Positions 46,450-55,525 of a stretch of DNA of 64,000 nucleotides are shown here, one piece after another. The DNA comes from a virus. Taxonomy: Duplodnaviria; Caudoviricetes. The number at the start of each line of letters is the position of its first letter. Positions within the stretch are counted from its first letter, which is position 1. The notes under the pieces are model-generated. The model was not told the origin of the DNA, ran no database searches, and worked only from the letters and a program-made list of their open reading frames with translations. Location of the stretch: IMG/VR virus record IMGVR_UViG_3300038679_000051, positions 128,001 to 192,000 of that record. One strand, written 5' to 3'. A program made the position numbers and the translations under genes.

Positions 46450-48532
46450 TGACATTGATATCGACTATTTGCCTGAAGCGAGAGAGAAAATTAAAGAATA
46501 TATTTCGTCTAAATATGGATTTGAACATGTATGTTCGGTTGGTCTATGGCAATCATACAATTTTAAAATGGCAATGCAAGATGCTGCCAAAGCTCTTGGC
46601 AAAGATAAAGCCCCGGTATTTAAAATAACAAAAACTTTGCCAGACGATTTTGATGATCGACCAATAAATGAAGTATTAAAGGCATTAACTTCGGAACATA
46701 TCAAACAAGAGAATCCAGAATTAAGTGAATTAGCTGATTATTATTCTACTGATGATGGTAAAATGGTCGTAGACATGGCATCAAGGATGACTGGTTTGTT
46801 AAAGACGCAAGGCAAACACGCCGCTGGAATAATCATATCTAATGTCAATTTGTTTGAAACCATACCTATGAGCAAACTTGGCGGTCTGTGGACGTCACAA
46901 TGGACCGAAGGATATTCACCACAATTATCTAAATTTGGTTTGATTAAATGGGACGTGTTGGGACTCAAGACGATGTCCTATATTTGGAAATGCATTAATT
47001 TCATTAAAGAGAAGAATAAAGACATAGGGTTGCCGAAATGTGTCATTTGTAATGGCACTGGCTCTAGCGAATCGGAATATGAGAAATTCGGTGACAAATG
47101 TATGGAATGTAGTGGATCGGGTGTATCGATCGAACACATAGATTTTAATGTCAAAGAAGTATTACGATTAGCTAATGATTTGAAAACTGAATCAGTTTTT
47201 CAATTCGAGACTGATTTGGCCAAATCAATTTTAAAAAAAGGTGGCGTCAAATCTTTTAATGATTTGTTGATTTATACGAGTTTAGGTAGACCAGGGCCAT
47301 TGCCCTTGATTGACGAATATATTGAACGTCGTGATGATAAAAATGAAAAATGGAGAAAACAAGAGCATCCTGATGTTGTTGAATTATTTAAGGATACTTT
47401 CGGAATAGTGGTCTTCCAAGAGACGTTGCAATTATATTGGACAAAGATTTGTGGTTTTACCGTTCCCGAAGCTGAAGCAGCTAGAAAAGCAGTGGCTAAA
47501 AAATGGGGTGAACAACTTGAAAAGGTAATGAAGAAAGCGGAGATTGGTGCAGCGAAAAAAATTGGACATGATGAAGCTGTGAAATGGAATAAACGAATCG
47601 AGACGTTTGGACGCTATGCCTTCAATAGATCACATGCCGTAGCCTATTCGATAATAGCATATCTTTGTTTGTATTTCAAATCAAAATTTCCTGTTGAATG
47701 GTGGGCGGCAGTATTGAGCATATGTGATGATCGCAACAAAATTTCGAATTATGTTATGGTGTCAAGAAATGAAGGCGTCAAATATTCGGCATTACACTGT
47801 GACAATTTGACCAAAGATTTTGTGGTTAGGAACGACGAAATCGTTCCCGGTCTATCTGGCATCAAGGGCATTGGTGATAAGGCAATGGCTAATGTCTTAT
47901 TGAATGCTGGTACGAAATATCAATCGGTTGATCATTTTATTGAGAAGAATGGCAAGAATAAAATATTGATGGAGAGATTGATTAAATTGGGTGCATTTGA
48001 TCACTTATTTCCTAATAGATCTGCGTTATGGATGTGGTATTTATTGAAACATTCGACGTGTAAACAATCTAAGGAAGCTAAATCATATTTTAAAACCAAA
48101 CTTGGAATACCAGAGAAGGGTAAATTGAACATATCGTTTGAGGAAGTGGTAAAATTGTCTCCAAAATGGGGATTGAGGAAGATTCTATTTTTTGAAAAGG
48201 ATTTCTTTGGGTATCATTTCACATCTCCAATGTCTTGTTATAAATTTAGTGGACATACCATCGAGGATGCGGCCGAAACCAATGTAATGGAAGTAGTAAT
48301 ACAAGACAATGAATTAAGGCAGACTAAGACTAATAAGAAATATCTAAAATTATTGGTTACTGATGGGACGACTAGTGCGACGTTGTTGATTTGGGATGTT
48401 GGCATAATAGATAACATTGAGGATGTGTCACCAGGATCCGGTATTAGAGTGGAAGTGAACTGGGATGAAAAATTCAATAGTTATTCACTTAGGAGAAATT
48501 CCAAGATTGTGTTACTTGACAAGGATGATTAA
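46361..48532 (+). CDS. dnaE: DNA polymerase III alpha, catalytic C-terminal piece (palm, fingers, HhH, OB)
   Basis: DIDIDY, GKHAAG, KWDVLGL, VFQFE, GRPGP, FQE, YAFNRSHAVAY, GIKGIG, OB fold. Homology begins at 46451; start uncertain. Confidence 0.92.
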   Translation: MIVTMSVGSKSFQKLGFHTELNVTQTFLTSDIDIDYLPEAREKIKEYISSKYGFEHVCSVGLWQSYNFKMAMQDAAKALGKDKAPVFKITKTLPDDFDDRPINEVLKALTSEHIKQENPELSELADYYSTDDGKMVVDMASRMTGLLKTQGKHAAGIIISNVNLFETIPMSKLGGLWTSQWTEGYSPQLSKFGLIKWDVLGLKTMSYIWKCINFIKEKNKDIGLPKCVICNGTGSSESEYEKFGDKCMECSGSGVSIEHIDFNVKEVLRLANDLKTESVFQFETDLAKSILKKGGVKSFNDLLIYTSLGRPGPLPLIDEYIERRDDKNEKWRKQEHPDVVELFKDTFGIVVFQETLQLYWTKICGFTVPEAEAARKAVAKKWGEQLEKVMKKAEIGAAKKIGHDEAVKWNKRIETFGRYAFNRSHAVAYSIIAYLCLYFKSKFPVEWWAAVLSICDDRNKISNYVMVSRNEGVKYSALHCDNLTKDFVVRNDEIVPGLSGIKGIGDKAMANVLLNAGTKYQSVDHFIEKNGKNKILMERLIKLGAFDHLFPNRSALWMWYLLKHSTCKQSKEAKSYFKTKLGIPEKGKLNISFEEVVKLSPKWGLRKILFFEKDFFGYHFTSPMSCYKFSGHTIEDAAETNVMEVVIQDNELRQTKTNKKYLKLLVTDGTTSATLLIWDVGIIDNIEDVSPGSGIRVEVNWDEKFNSYSLRRNSKIVLLDKDD

Positions 48533-48763
48533 ATGTTATTAGACACCAAGAATGGCATTGTTTGTGATTTGTGTAATAGACCACACAAGAATCAATTCGT
48601 TTATTATTCGATGCGAATGGTAAAAGTGTCTGTGGATGTTGATGCTAAACAAACTATACACACTGATACGGACATTGATCTAGATGTCTGTGAATTTTGT
48701 AAGAAGAAATTAGAGGAGAGGATTTTAGAGGTCTCAAAAATGAGAGGGGTGAATAATGGATGA
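48533..48763 (+). CDS. small Zn-binding protein
   Basis: CDLC...CEFC. Confidence 0.6.
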   Translation: MLLDTKNGIVCDLCNRPHKNQFVYYSMRMVKVSVDVDAKQTIHTDTDIDLDVCEFCKKKLEERILEVSKMRGVNNG

Positions 48764-49091
48764 TCTGACTCCAGAACATTTTGCATTGATCATGGTTGAT
48801 ATTGGCGGCGTTACTGTGGAGGCCAGACCATATGAATGGGATTATGATGGTGATGGCAATCCAATAGTTGCTATGGCATATCGAACGACGTGTCCACATT
48901 GTTCACAATTAATAGAATTCAATGTGCATGATCTACATGACATGATGTTCTATTGTAATGAATGCAATAAAGGAAAGGATATGTGGACGCAGAAGAATAA
49001 TGAGATGTTGATCAATAAATCTTATGATGATGAGCCGATTATTTTCGATTTAATAGAACCGATAAAATCTGGATTGATGGAGATGCCATGA
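48756..49091 (+). CDS. Zn-ribbon protein
   Basis: CPHC...CNEC; GAGGGG SD. Confidence 0.6.
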   Translation: MDDLTPEHFALIMVDIGGVTVEARPYEWDYDGDGNPIVAMAYRTTCPHCSQLIEFNVHDLHDMMFYCNECNKGKDMWTQKNNEMLINKSYDDEPIIFDLIEPIKSGLMEMP

Positions 49092-49945
49092 ATTTCATAT
49101 TAGGTAATGGATTGATAGGATTACTTGCTGGAAAGGCACTAAACCGTAAGATCATACCATATGGAAAATCTAGATTCTATTCATATTCGGTACCACTGGC
49201 AGAAAACATCATTAGATACGTCAAAGACGATGTCATCGAATTCTTGGGCCATCTATCTCCATTAATGTACGTTCAGAAGATGTCATTAGATGGGAAATTA
49301 TTTGATGTGACGAATGAGTTGCGCAACGTCTATATGAATAAACTTGGGACGCCAAATTCAGCTGTCGGGAACTTCTTAGGATCGTCGATGACTCTAAAGA
49401 CGACATGCACTGACTTATATGAATCATTGAGACGCGAAATTAACGTCCACGATGTGAAGATTAGAGAATTGAGACCGTTTAAAATGATTTTAGACAATGG
49501 AACGATTGTCGATTATGAATCACTAATCAGTACGATACCGTTGTATGTCTTATTAAAATTATTTAACATGGACATAAATTGTGAGGCTAGAGACGTTTAT
49601 TATTGTCATGTCGGATCTAATGACATAGATTTAGAAGGTGCATCGTGCGTTCACGTTCTAGATCAACATATTGAATTTCATAAGGTAACGACAATTAGGA
49701 AATCTGAATATGTTTTCGATTCATTCATTGAATTAGATGAATGGATTCTTGGAAAATATTTAAGAAATTTTAAAATCATACAAAAGACGGTGATTAGAAA
49801 ATCAATGCCGATTGATATGCCGCCCAATCTCGACATATTGGAGAAGATGGGGGTGATATGTGTTGGGAGTTGTGCACAATGGGATGAAGCCATGGATGTG
49901 TCTTCGTGCATTAGGAGAATTCTCAAGAAGGGGAATTCGGGATGA
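49088..49945 (+). CDS. FAD/NAD-binding oxidoreductase-like protein (UDP-galactopyranose mutase/amine oxidase-like)
   Basis: ILGNGLIGLLAG Rossmann motif, LISTIPL, C-terminal CVGSCAQW. Confidence 0.6.
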   Translation: MNFILGNGLIGLLAGKALNRKIIPYGKSRFYSYSVPLAENIIRYVKDDVIEFLGHLSPLMYVQKMSLDGKLFDVTNELRNVYMNKLGTPNSAVGNFLGSSMTLKTTCTDLYESLRREINVHDVKIRELRPFKMILDNGTIVDYESLISTIPLYVLLKLFNMDINCEARDVYYCHVGSNDIDLEGASCVHVLDQHIEFHKVTTIRKSEYVFDSFIELDEWILGKYLRNFKIIQKTVIRKSMPIDMPPNLDILEKMGVICVGSCAQWDEAMDVSSCIRRILKKGNSG

Positions 49946-50643
49946 CGGAGGATTTCACATTCAACATCGATCAATTGAGTGGGAAATTATCGATGCCCAA
50001 CATAATTAAGGTTAATGAAATTGAAACTGATGAGCAACGAAAACTTCGCATGCTCAATTCGATGAGTGCGTTGGTGATGTCATGTAGTTTGTGTGATTTA
50101 GGTAGGAAATCATGCATTGAGCATAGATCTGAGTTTGACCCACACGTATTCAGCACTAGAAACGTGAGTAGATGGCTGATCGTAGGACAAAATCCCGGAT
50201 ATAATGAATGTTTAAAACATGAACCATTTGTTGGTGATGCTGGCAGACTTTTTGATGAACAATTGGTTAGAAATGGATTGCATCGTTCACGTTTCTACAT
50301 ATCAAATGTCGTGAAATGTCATACGATCGCAAATGAATTACCAAATCCTGAACAAACATCTATCTGCTCTATGTTTCTAAAAATGGAAATATTATTGCTT
50401 AATCCGGTTTTGGTCGTGACGCTTGGGGCTGCCCCGTTTGGTGCGTTGTGCCCTAATTTAGTCTATTCGACTAGTCTCGGACAGATACACGATAGCGCTG
50501 AATTCAATTGTAAGGTTTTTCCGATTTATCATCCATCGCCTAGAAACATGAGTAATGTTGATAGGTTAGTCAGATTCAAACAGGACATGAAGAAATTATG
50601 TAAATTAATTAAGGCTTTTGAATCAACTGAATCATCAGACTGA
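49942..50643 (+). CDS. udg: family 4 (Fe-S) uracil-DNA glycosylase
   Basis: CSLC, GQNPG..E..EPFVGDAG, SNVVKC, LVVTLG, YHPS. Confidence 0.92.
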   Translation: MTEDFTFNIDQLSGKLSMPNIIKVNEIETDEQRKLRMLNSMSALVMSCSLCDLGRKSCIEHRSEFDPHVFSTRNVSRWLIVGQNPGYNECLKHEPFVGDAGRLFDEQLVRNGLHRSRFYISNVVKCHTIANELPNPEQTSICSMFLKMEILLLNPVLVVTLGAAPFGALCPNLVYSTSLGQIHDSAEFNCKVFPIYHPSPRNMSNVDRLVRFKQDMKKLCKLIKAFESTESSD

Positions 50644-51058
50644 TTCGTTTGCATTTCTTTCTTTTTATCAATTGAAGATTTTTAGACGAAAGGAATTGCA
50701 TTAATCTATAAGTTATGACTGATTTTGTGTGTCCTGCTTTAATCAATGGATCATATAAATCATCTAAAAATAATGATTCTGGAATGACCAATCTTGATTT
50801 CTCAATCAATGTAGTCGCAATATTTTTAATTCCATTATCGAGGATTCTTTTCGATTGGGCAGCATTATATGATTTTAATACATTTTTATTTTTATACATC
50901 AATTTACGAATGTCGACTTCCGTATTTTTAAATAGGATGTCTTCATCAAGCAATAACGTAATGGTGATTTGATTGGGGGATTCTTCGATGATCGGATGTG
51001 TGCTCTGCAATTCCATGGATAATTTAAATACTGAAATAGGCATCATCATAAATGACAA
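50609..51058 (-). CDS. hypothetical protein
   Basis: 149-aa ORF, start uncertain. Confidence 0.45.
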   Translation of the reverse strand: MSFMMMPISVFKLSMELQSTHPIIEESPNQITITLLLDEDILFKNTEVDIRKLMYKNKNVLKSYNAAQSKRILDNGIKNIATTLIEKSRLVIPESLFLDDLYDPLIKAGHTKSVITYRLMQFLSSKNLQLIKRKKCKRISLMIQLIQKP

Positions 51059-51638
51059 GAAAGTTATGACGCTGATATGTGATTCTTGTGCAGACTCTGC
51101 GACGCCAAAAATGATAAAAGAGGCATATGAAAGAAAGGAAAAGAATGTTGGTGTCGTTTTGAAGAAATTAAACGAAGCCGCAGCACAGATAGGATATAAA
51201 TTGGTCCCTATTGAAGCACAAATACAAACGTCTCAACTACAATTACAGCCACAATTGCCTCAACCACAGCAATCTCAACCAACAAAGACGATAAAACTTC
51301 CGCCACCACCTAAAGCATCTGGGGCATCAATAGACAAACCATATATTAAGATTACACAAGATGGGAAAGCTATAGAATTGAATTCTAAAGTATTGGAAGC
51401 TCAAACTTTTAAATCAAACACCAGACCACCAACTACCATTCCTAAGAAGATCGTTGATCAATCAGGTGAAACGACAATCAACATAATTGATACGGGTGGC
51501 GATAAGGCACTACAAGAGACGTTTAAACAAGAGCATATCTCCACATATTTGAATGATTGCAGCGTATGTAAAGGGACTGGTAGGGTTATGAATGGTAACA
51601 AATGTCCAAGATGTAATGGCATTGGTATGATCAGATGA
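50973..51638 (+). CDS. protein with N-terminal CxxC pair, Gln/Pro linker and DnaJ-type CxxCxGxG finger
   Basis: CVLC...CDSC; CSVCKGTG...CPRCNGIG. Confidence 0.6.
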   Translation: MGDSSMIGCVLCNSMDNLNTEIGIIINDKKVMTLICDSCADSATPKMIKEAYERKEKNVGVVLKKLNEAAAQIGYKLVPIEAQIQTSQLQLQPQLPQPQQSQPTKTIKLPPPPKASGASIDKPYIKITQDGKAIELNSKVLEAQTFKSNTRPPTTIPKKIVDQSGETTINIIDTGGDKALQETFKQEHISTYLNDCSVCKGTGRVMNGNKCPRCNGIGMIR

Positions 51639-51926
51639 TTATCTGAAAATTTTTTGTTTTCTGTGGGGCCAACTACCCAATGGTTGGCCCCATCCAATTT
51701 TTCCTTGTGTTGCACCTAATGGTGCATTAAAATATTTTCTATGACGTGGTTTCATCGGGGTGTCCTGATTGCCACTTCGATATGGTAATGGTCCATTACC
51801 ATCATTGCTCAGTTCTGGATAATTCGGATCTTGAATTTTATATGAATAATATTGTCCTATTGATGACCTTAAATTTTTTAGGACTGAATCAGATGGTCCT
51901 AGTTGTTCAAGCAATTTTATTCTCAT
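51639..51926 (-). CDS. hypothetical protein
   Basis: 95 aa, coupled to the neighbouring minus-strand gene. Confidence 0.5.
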   Translation of the reverse strand: MRIKLLEQLGPSDSVLKNLRSSIGQYYSYKIQDPNYPELSNDGNGPLPYRSGNQDTPMKPRHRKYFNAPLGATQGKIGWGQPLGSWPHRKQKIFR

Positions 51927-52378
51927 TACGCAAATCCGCCAGTGAACGGTTCGCTTTCTCCTTCTGATTCTAAATCTTGCATTCGTTCCGCGATTTCATC
52001 GAGATTTTCATTCCATCCAGCCGATCGTTCATCGTTTTTAAGATCTTTAATGACCTCTTTGTATGCATCTACCGCAGATTTTTGGTCTACGCCGGGTATC
52101 GCCCGTGACTTCAATTCCGCAACAAAAGCAGGGAGGAATTTTGGGTCATCTAAGTATTTATGTGAATGTACGGCCGTGAATGCAGAACGGATGGAATCAT
52201 AGAATGTTGAATCTACGATCTTCGAAGAAAATGCTTCTTGTGCATTTGACCAAGCGAATTGTTGATTGTGGGAATGTTCATGATCTTCGGGATCACCATG
52301 CAAATGTTTAATCCCAAGAATAGACCCATGAAGCATTCCTTTGACTGCTTCAAACAACATATGTTCTTCATTTTTCAT
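51926..52378 (-). CDS. hypothetical protein
   Basis: 150 aa; AGGAG SD. Confidence 0.6.
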   Translation of the reverse strand: MKNEEHMLFEAVKGMLHGSILGIKHLHGDPEDHEHSHNQQFAWSNAQEAFSSKIVDSTFYDSIRSAFTAVHSHKYLDDPKFLPAFVAELKSRAIPGVDQKSAVDAYKEVIKDLKNDERSAGWNENLDEIAERMQDLESEGESEPFTGGFA

Positions 52379-52418
52379 TGGTTTTTCTCCTTAAATATAT
52401 GTTTGCTGGAGATAAATT

Positions 52419-52769
52419 ATGGCTAAACATGATCCATTGTTTAAAACATTTGATGTGGTCCAAATTTTGACCGTTAAGCATGTAAAATTCGTGTCTGGTC
52501 CAAAGAATCGTCCAGCATCACCGCATGGCAATTGGTCAGTAGTTGGATTTATCAAGAGTGATTTGATGCTTGCAAAAGATTCTACCATAGCATTAGTTCC
52601 AATTGATTCAGTTCGTAAAGTTGCATCATACGATCTGAATGGATTCCTAAAGAAGATTAAAGAGAGGGACACAAATGAAACAAAAAGAGAACAAACAAAA
52701 AGAGAACAAACAAAAAGAGAAGGTGGAACAACCGAAAACCTTCGAGGGATTGGTCACAAATCTCAATAG
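52419..52769 (+). CDS. hypothetical protein overlapping the recA start
   Basis: 116 aa; GGAG SD. Confidence 0.6.
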   Translation: MAKHDPLFKTFDVVQILTVKHVKFVSGPKNRPASPHGNWSVVGFIKSDLMLAKDSTIALVPIDSVRKVASYDLNGFLKKIKERDTNETKREQTKREQTKREGGTTENLRGIGHKSQ

Positions 52770-53751
52770 GGATTTTGGTGATGGTACCATCACATTCGTA
52801 AATCAAGGTTCAAAATTGAATGTTGATGTAATACCAACTGGGGCGATGACTCTAGATTTGGCCTTGGGTGTTGGCGGGGTCCCACGCAGTAGAATAATTG
52901 AGATATTCGGAGCAGAAGGCTGTGGCAAGACGACACTGTGTTTACATATTGTGGCTAATGCACAGAAAAAAGGCGGTAATGCTGCGTATATTGACGTTGA
53001 ATACGCTCTTGATATGACCTATGCAAAGAATTTGGGTGTGGACATTAATCACTTAGCATTATCTCAACCAGACACTGGGGAACAGGCATTGAGTTTGGTC
53101 GAAGGATTATTGAAATCGAACATGCTAGACGTGATTGTCGTTGATTCAGTTGCCGCGTTGATGACGAAGGCTGAACTCGAAGGAGAAATGGGAGACCAAC
53201 AAATGGCTCCCACGGCTAGATTAATGTCTCAGGCGCTTAGGAAATTGACGCCGCTTGTGGGTAAATCGAAGACATCACTGATATTCATCAATCAATTGCG
53301 TTCTAAGATCGGTTTCTTTATGGGTGATCCAAATACTACGCCAGGTGGTAGAGCTTTAAAATTTTATTCATCAGTACGCATACAAATGGCGAGGGTGGCA
53401 TCCGTTAAAGAAGGAGGTGAGAACATAGGTGGATTGGTTGTAGCCAATGTACTCAAAAACAAAGTCGCATCGCCATATAAGAAATGTCAATTCGAAATTC
53501 ATTATGGTTTGGGCATAAGTGCAGAGGCATCAATCATAGATGTCGGTACCAAAATCGGGATAATAAAGAAGAATGGGTCGTTCTTGAGTCATAATGATGT
53601 GAAATTAGGCAATGGTAAAATGGCAGCGATTTCTTTTTTAAAGAACAATACAAATATAACTGAGGAAATTAAATCCGAGATCATGAAAAAGATTTCAAGC
53701 GCAGAGGGGATGTTAGAAAATGGCGACGACACCGAAATTCAAGATCAATGA
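52675..53751 (+). CDS. recA: recombinase RecA
   Basis: IPTG...LDLALG.GG.PR.RIIEIFGAEGCGKTT, VVDSVAAL, FINQLR, TPGGRALKFYSSVRI, KNKVA.P. Confidence 0.96.
   Translation: MKQKENKQKENKQKEKVEQPKTFEGLVTNLNRDFGDGTITFVNQGSKLNVDVIPTGAMTLDLALGVGGVPRSRIIEIFGAEGCGKTTLCLHIVANAQKKGGNAAYIDVEYALDMTYAKNLGVDINHLALSQPDTGEQALSLVEGLLKSNMLDVIVVDSVAALMTKAELEGEMGDQQMAPTARLMSQALRKLTPLVGKSKTSLIFINQLRSKIGFFMGDPNTTPGGRALKFYSSVRIQMARVASVKEGGENIGGLVVANVLKNKVASPYKKCQFEIHYGLGISAEASIIDVGTKIGIIKKNGSFLSHNDVKLGNGKMAAISFLKNNTNITEEIKSEIMKKISSAEGMLENGDDTEIQDQ
52678..52721 (+). repeat. 15-bp tandem repeat AAACAAAAAGAGAAC (~2.9 copies)
   Basis: Read directly; lies in the two-gene overlap. Confidence 0.9.
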
Positions 53752-54082
53752 CATAGTATATCTGAAATCCTCTGCTGCGACTGGGATGCTCGAATCATAT
53801 AGAGTGTCACAAATAATAAAAACTGCTGCATCGTTGAATTGGCAATACAAAATAGCAATCAGGAAAAAATATGCCACTAGTCCGACGGTAGAAGATCAAG
53901 TCGATTTACAAACGGAGCAACCGTTCATTTTAGACGAAGGTGATTTATTGACTGGCTGTGAAGCGTCTTCAATTATGGTTGCTAACGCTAAAAAACGATA
54001 TGAACAAGCATTGGCAGTACAATTGACGTTGTGTAATGGAACGCCACCGCCGCCGGGTCCCACTTTTTGGTCGCAGACGTGA
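53720..54082 (+). CDS. hypothetical protein
   Basis: 120 aa; GAGGGG upstream. Confidence 0.55.
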   Translation: MATTPKFKINDIVYLKSSAATGMLESYRVSQIIKTAASLNWQYKIAIRKKYATSPTVEDQVDLQTEQPFILDEGDLLTGCEASSIMVANAKKRYEQALAVQLTLCNGTPPPPGPTFWSQT

Positions 54083-54097
54083 ACGTATTAAATCTTT

Positions 54098-55525
54098 ATG
54101 GACGATCTAACATCATTTCTATCTCAATTGGATTTAGAAGACAGTGACATTGCTATGGATTCTAATGCCTTCGTAAAGATGGCATTCAATGAACCGTCTA
54201 CCTTCAAAAGAATGATGCCATATGTGGATAAATATTATACGACGAAGTCTATGTGGCAAGCGACTGCGTTGGCGATAATACGGAAATTTTATGAGGAACA
54301 TAATGAAATTCCTAGTAGAGGAGTCACTTTAAGGATTGCGAAGGCGAATCTAAAATCAGACGACATAGAAGACTACAATGAACTTGAGAAGAACATCAGC
54401 GAAATCATGTCGCAGTCCGATGTGAAACATTATAGATCAACGATTATTAAATGGTTAAAGAAGCAGCTGTTGTCAAATATGTTGAGCCAATCAAGCGAAT
54501 CTTTGGATGCTGCTGAACAGGGAAACGATGAATATTTCAAAGCATTGATTGATGACATTTCTACTCTCGATAGAATCGAAGCTAGACCGCTATATTTATG
54601 TGCTGATGCTGGTAAATTCCTAGAGAAGGATGAGTCCATAGGTCTGACATGTGGGGTGAGAGAATTAGATAGATATATGAACAATAACGTAGGGCCGACT
54701 TATGGTGAGATAGTGTGTTACATGGGAGGGACGGGCGTAGGTAAATCGAATTTTCTATGTAATGCAGCAGTCAAAGCCATAATGATGAAGAAGAATGTAT
54801 TGTATGTGACGCTTGAAATCCACACTAGACAACTAATATATAGATTGGTGTCTATCGTAGTGGGAATGATGAGAATGACTGGTTCCGATCCAACTCTACA
54901 TGGGGTCACCATTAGTAATTTGAGCGATCATAGAAAGAGATGCATGGAAGTATTAAGAGAACTATCTGCCACATGTGGTGCCGACATTGCCATTTCAGAT
55001 CTGCCTGGCAAAACTCTTACTGCTGAGGGGTTGAGTGGCATAATTGATGATTATCGACGGAATGGTTTTCACCCTGATGTCATCATAGTTGATTATCTAG
55101 ATGAAATGACAACGAAGCACGCTTCATTAAAAGACGGGGATTATTCTAGATTGAAGCACATCGCTAGTGATTTGCGTTCACTTGCCTCGAAACAAAATGT
55201 TTTAGTGATTACGGCAACTCAGACTAATAGAGGTAAGGATGATGACGATGAAATAATTGATCTAAATAGAACTGCTGAAAGTTATGGTAAGAATCATTCT
55301 CTAGATTATGTCATTTCGATCAATCAGCATGAATCCGAGAGACAATCATCTCAAATACGGTTATTTATTGTCAAAAACAGAAACGGTAAAAATAAAGTTG
55401 GAGTGAGGGGTAAAATAGATCTAACGACTCTCTATTATCACGTCACCGGTGAACTAGATGGTAGCGAGAAATCATTAGACAACATATCGCAGGTCAGATC
55501 TGGGGGAGATTTCGATGACGAATGA
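54098..55525 (+). CDS. dnaB: DnaB/gp41-like SF4 replicative helicase
   Basis: GGTGVGKSN, LYVTLE, VIIVDYLD, TATQTNR, KNRNG. Confidence 0.9.
   Translation: MDDLTSFLSQLDLEDSDIAMDSNAFVKMAFNEPSTFKRMMPYVDKYYTTKSMWQATALAIIRKFYEEHNEIPSRGVTLRIAKANLKSDDIEDYNELEKNISEIMSQSDVKHYRSTIIKWLKKQLLSNMLSQSSESLDAAEQGNDEYFKALIDDISTLDRIEARPLYLCADAGKFLEKDESIGLTCGVRELDRYMNNNVGPTYGEIVCYMGGTGVGKSNFLCNAAVKAIMMKKNVLYVTLEIHTRQLIYRLVSIVVGMMRMTGSDPTLHGVTISNLSDHRKRCMEVLRELSATCGADIAISDLPGKTLTAEGLSGIIDDYRRNGFHPDVIIVDYLDEMTTKHASLKDGDYSRLKHIASDLRSLASKQNVLVITATQTNRGKDDDDEIIDLNRTAESYGKNHSLDYVISINQHESERQSSQIRLFIVKNRNGKNKVGVRGKIDLTTLYYHVTGELDGSEKSLDNISQVRSGGDFDDE

Noticed and set aside
52151-52160. Extra AAGTATTT copies (about 52152 and 11157)
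   Set aside because: Not at the fixed spacing from a supported start; several chance copies are expected in AT-rich DNA.
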